In this document: positions 57,138 through 59,293 of the stretch, in pieces
How positions within the stretch are numbered: the first letter of the stretch is position 1
Layout: each line of letters opens with the position of its first letter
Source of the DNA: Limisphaerales bacterium
GTDB lineage: Bacteria > Verrucomicrobiota > Verrucomicrobiia > Limisphaerales > JAKEEH01
NCBI GenBank assembly: GCA_022616725.1
Contig: JAKEEH010000246.1
Span: 1 to 59,293 of the forward strand
Direction of reading: 5' to 3'
Length of the DNA: 59,293 nt
Notes under the pieces: model-generated
Told to the model about the DNA's origin: nothing
Seen by the model: the letters and a program-made list of their open reading frames with translations, nothing else
Database searches by the model: none
Made by a program: the position numbers and the translations under genes

Positions 57138-59293
57138 CTACCTGACAATCCAGGCTTCGGCCTCCCGAAATGTCCGCTCGCGATTTCCGTTCGCCGTCAC
57201 CCCCAGGTGCAGCATGAAATCCCCCGGCTGATACGTCGCCAGATCCGAATTCATGTGGCGCTTCGGCAGCACCGCCACACGCTCTGCGAATCCAGCGAAG
57301 TTCTTGAGAATGTATTTGATCGTGTTCTGTTCCCACTTCGGTCCGCAACCGTCCGGGTCATGGTTGAGATCGCCGAGGAAAAACACTGTGTCAAGAAACT
57401 TAATGCTCCATTCGCAGTAGCGGATCATGAATATCCCCGCCACCAGTCCATTGAAATCACTCGCAAACACAAGGTCGCACCCCTTCGGGATCAGGCTTTC
57501 GGCCCGAATCCGATGGTTCATCACCATCGCGTCGGCGTCCACCCACATCGCCCATCCTGCCCTTTGTGCAACGAGCGCATTGCGCACCGCCAGGACCTTG
57601 TTCCACGACGGATGCCGCGCCGGGTCGATCAGCCGATCATGGTAAACAAAGCGATAATTCTGGCAGCGGGCGTACTCGCACAGCGAACGTGCCGTGATCC
57701 GGCCGACCTTCGCCATCGGTTCATCGTGCAGCGTCACGACGCTAAACGGTTCACGTGAGCGGGAGTCATCCCGGGTGCCGAAGGATCGCCGCGCCGGGGA
57801 TCTGACCAATGATTCCTCCGGCGCTTCAGCCGGCTGAAAATGACGTGCCGGCACGGCATGCGACTTCCAGCGCCGGCGCAGTTCGTCAAGCCATTTGTGC
57901 GCCTCCCTTTCCCAACGGCTGCGCGGCGCCTCGCCGTTGCCGAATATCAAGTTCCACGGTTCCTCTCGCCGTCGAAAAACGAGCTTGCCAGAGCAGTCGT
58001 ATCTGGAGAACCCGTTACGCTCGACCCGCGGCGCGACCGCGAAGGCCACGCTCGCTCTTCTAACTGCCAGGTGCATCGTGTGCTTCCCGCCATCGGTGTG
58101 CCCGTAAAATAGCTCTCCGTTTTCGTGATACCACCACCACAGCGACAAGCCGGCCCAAGCCTTCTCTTTGTCCACGAGCATTGGCGATATTGCAACAGGC
58201 GGTTCACTGGATGGCTCGAGGCCGCAAAGCAGCCACGTTTGCGGCGGAATCGCCCCCGATGCGCCGCCGGGCCACAGCATTGCTCCGTGCTTTTGAAACT
58301 CCCGCGTCTCGAAAAGGTACGACGGGTCGGCCACGGCGAACATTGCCGGGTCGAGCAACAGCACATGCTGGAACGGCGAACGGAGTACGGCGTAGGGCTT
58401 CAGCGGCGGGCCTTTGGCCACCTTCCCGCGAAACGCCTCTTTGAAATCGAGCGCGTTCACGCATTCCACTCGCAACGCGCGCAATAGCGATTTCATGGAT
58501 GCATCCATTCCCTGCGCGCCCGCGTGCCAGAGCTGAATCGGCAGCCTACACCCCAGTTGCCGCAGCATATTGATGCCGATCCATGCCTGAGCCAGATCCG
58601 AAATGCTCTCCGCGCACATCACGATGCCGCGGCCCTTGTAAGTGTCGGCGGGATACGGGGCGATGTTCTTGAGCAATCGGTCCGCGGCATAGCGTGCATT
58701 GGGCAGGGTTAGAGGGGCATGATCGACAGGATTGTTCGACATGCGCCGCGCGGCTCTGGCCCCGGCCCTGGCTTGCGCAGGCGTGAGCGGCTTCAGGACC
58801 CCACCCTCGAAATAGCTCTCAATCCGGCGAATCACCTCGGCCGAACGAATGAGATCCATGCAGTGCGGCAGGCCGCCCCTCACGTCAACGCAGAGTTCCT
58901 CAGGCCTGTCTTTGGGACTCCCGTCTCCCAACGCCACAGTCCGCGTCCGCCAGCACCCCCCTCGGGCGCAGCACGGCAGAGCGCCTATCGTGTGTATAAA
59001 CTGGTGGCCCGGATACGCCTCCCAGTGGACCGGTTCCCGCCCGCCGGCGACAACCACGCACGGCCGCAGCCCCGCCGATTTGTCCTTTACCTCCACCGCA
59101 GCCGCCAGGTGCATCGGCCCGGTGACGGCGCACACAATACCCTGGCAGTGATAGATCAGTTGCAGCAACTCGCGCGCGGCGGTTCTTCCGCGCAGATCGA
59201 TTGTGCCATTCAACTTCGGATGGTAATCACTCGCGCCGCCCACTTGAACGAACTGAATGCGCCCCTTGAAATGGTCAACGACTTCCTGGTATC
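57138..59293 (-). CDS. Multi-domain glycosyltransferase (GT9-like + two GT-A-type domains resembling eukaryotic mannosyl/galactosyl-transferase families), 5' end outside the window
   Basis: The frame stays open from 59293: YQEVVDHFKGRIQFVQVGGASDYHPKLNGTIDLRGRTAARELLQLIYHCQGIVCAVTGPMHLAAAV is a heptosyltransferase-type C-terminal lobe. The middle part reads LPIQLWHAG...KPYAVLRSPFQHVLLLDP...GAMLWPG. The C-terminal part reads SWNKVLAVRNAL...WAMWVDADAMVMN. Confidence 0.65.
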   Translation of the reverse strand, partial: YQEVVDHFKGRIQFVQVGGASDYHPKLNGTIDLRGRTAARELLQLIYHCQGIVCAVTGPMHLAAAVEVKDKSAGLRPCVVVAGGREPVHWEAYPGHQFIHTIGALPCCARGGCWRTRTVALGDGSPKDRPEELCVDVRGGLPHCMDLIRSAEVIRRIESYFEGGVLKPLTPAQARAGARAARRMSNNPVDHAPLTLPNARYAADRLLKNIAPYPADTYKGRGIVMCAESISDLAQAWIGINMLRQLGCRLPIQLWHAGAQGMDASMKSLLRALRVECVNALDFKEAFRGKVAKGPPLKPYAVLRSPFQHVLLLDPAMFAVADPSYLFETREFQKHGAMLWPGGASGAIPPQTWLLCGLEPSSEPPVAISPMLVDKEKAWAGLSLWWWYHENGELFYGHTDGGKHTMHLAVRRASVAFAVAPRVERNGFSRYDCSGKLVFRRREEPWNLIFGNGEAPRSRWEREAHKWLDELRRRWKSHAVPARHFQPAEAPEESLVRSPARRSFGTRDDSRSREPFSVVTLHDEPMAKVGRITARSLCEYARCQNYRFVYHDRLIDPARHPSWNKVLAVRNALVAQRAGWAMWVDADAMVMNHRIRAESLIPKGCDLVFASDFNGLVAGIFMIRYCEWSIKFLDTVFFLGDLNHDPDGCGPKWEQNTIKYILKNFAGFAERVAVLPKRHMNSDLATYQPGDFMLHLGVTANGNRERTFREAEAWIVR

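Overview
GC-rich 59.3-kb chromosomal segment. The gene content points to a PVC-group bacterium, most likely Verrucomicrobiota; this is inferred from family co-occurrence, not from a search. The supporting families are a MoxR-DUF58-BatA-vWA operon, a DUF1549/DUF1553 + DUF1501 pair, a giant autotransporter-associated beta-strand-repeat protein, a giant CotH + lamin-tail-domain protein and a Ser/Thr kinase fused to WD40 repeats. I support about 36 protein genes and found no rRNA, tRNA, CRISPR array, transposase or integrase. Housekeeping genes: a partial dsbD-family reductase (runs off the left edge and is missing from the ORF track), a PLD/cardiolipin-synthase-like gene, an isolated nuoA, an aldo/keto reductase, an MqnA/MqnD-family gene, fumC, System II cytochrome c biogenesis (ccsB/resB + long ccsA) and GTP-PEPCK. 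Accessory genes: a ParE-type toxin-antitoxin pair, a YdbS/YdbT-like PH-domain pair with an NAD(P)-binding fusion, two secreted beta-helix proteins, a 7-repeat Cys-rich secreted protein, and a partial multi-domain glycosyltransferase at the right edge. Four structural observations stand out. (1) Almost every intergenic spacer holds its own short-period (6-10 nt) tandem or palindromic repeat, including a family headed by GGGAGAATGAC and one 8-nt array that also sits inside the dsbD CDS. (2) A 700-bp non-coding region has three decamer arrays exactly 200 bp apart. (3) A roughly 65-75-aa C-terminal module ending R-[FLY]-[YF]-[RV]-[LVA] within the last 4-5 residues is shared by four otherwise unrelated large secreted proteins. 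(4) Palindromic repeats are inserted between cistrons of the MoxR operon. All functional calls rest on motif recognition by eye and no database search was run.
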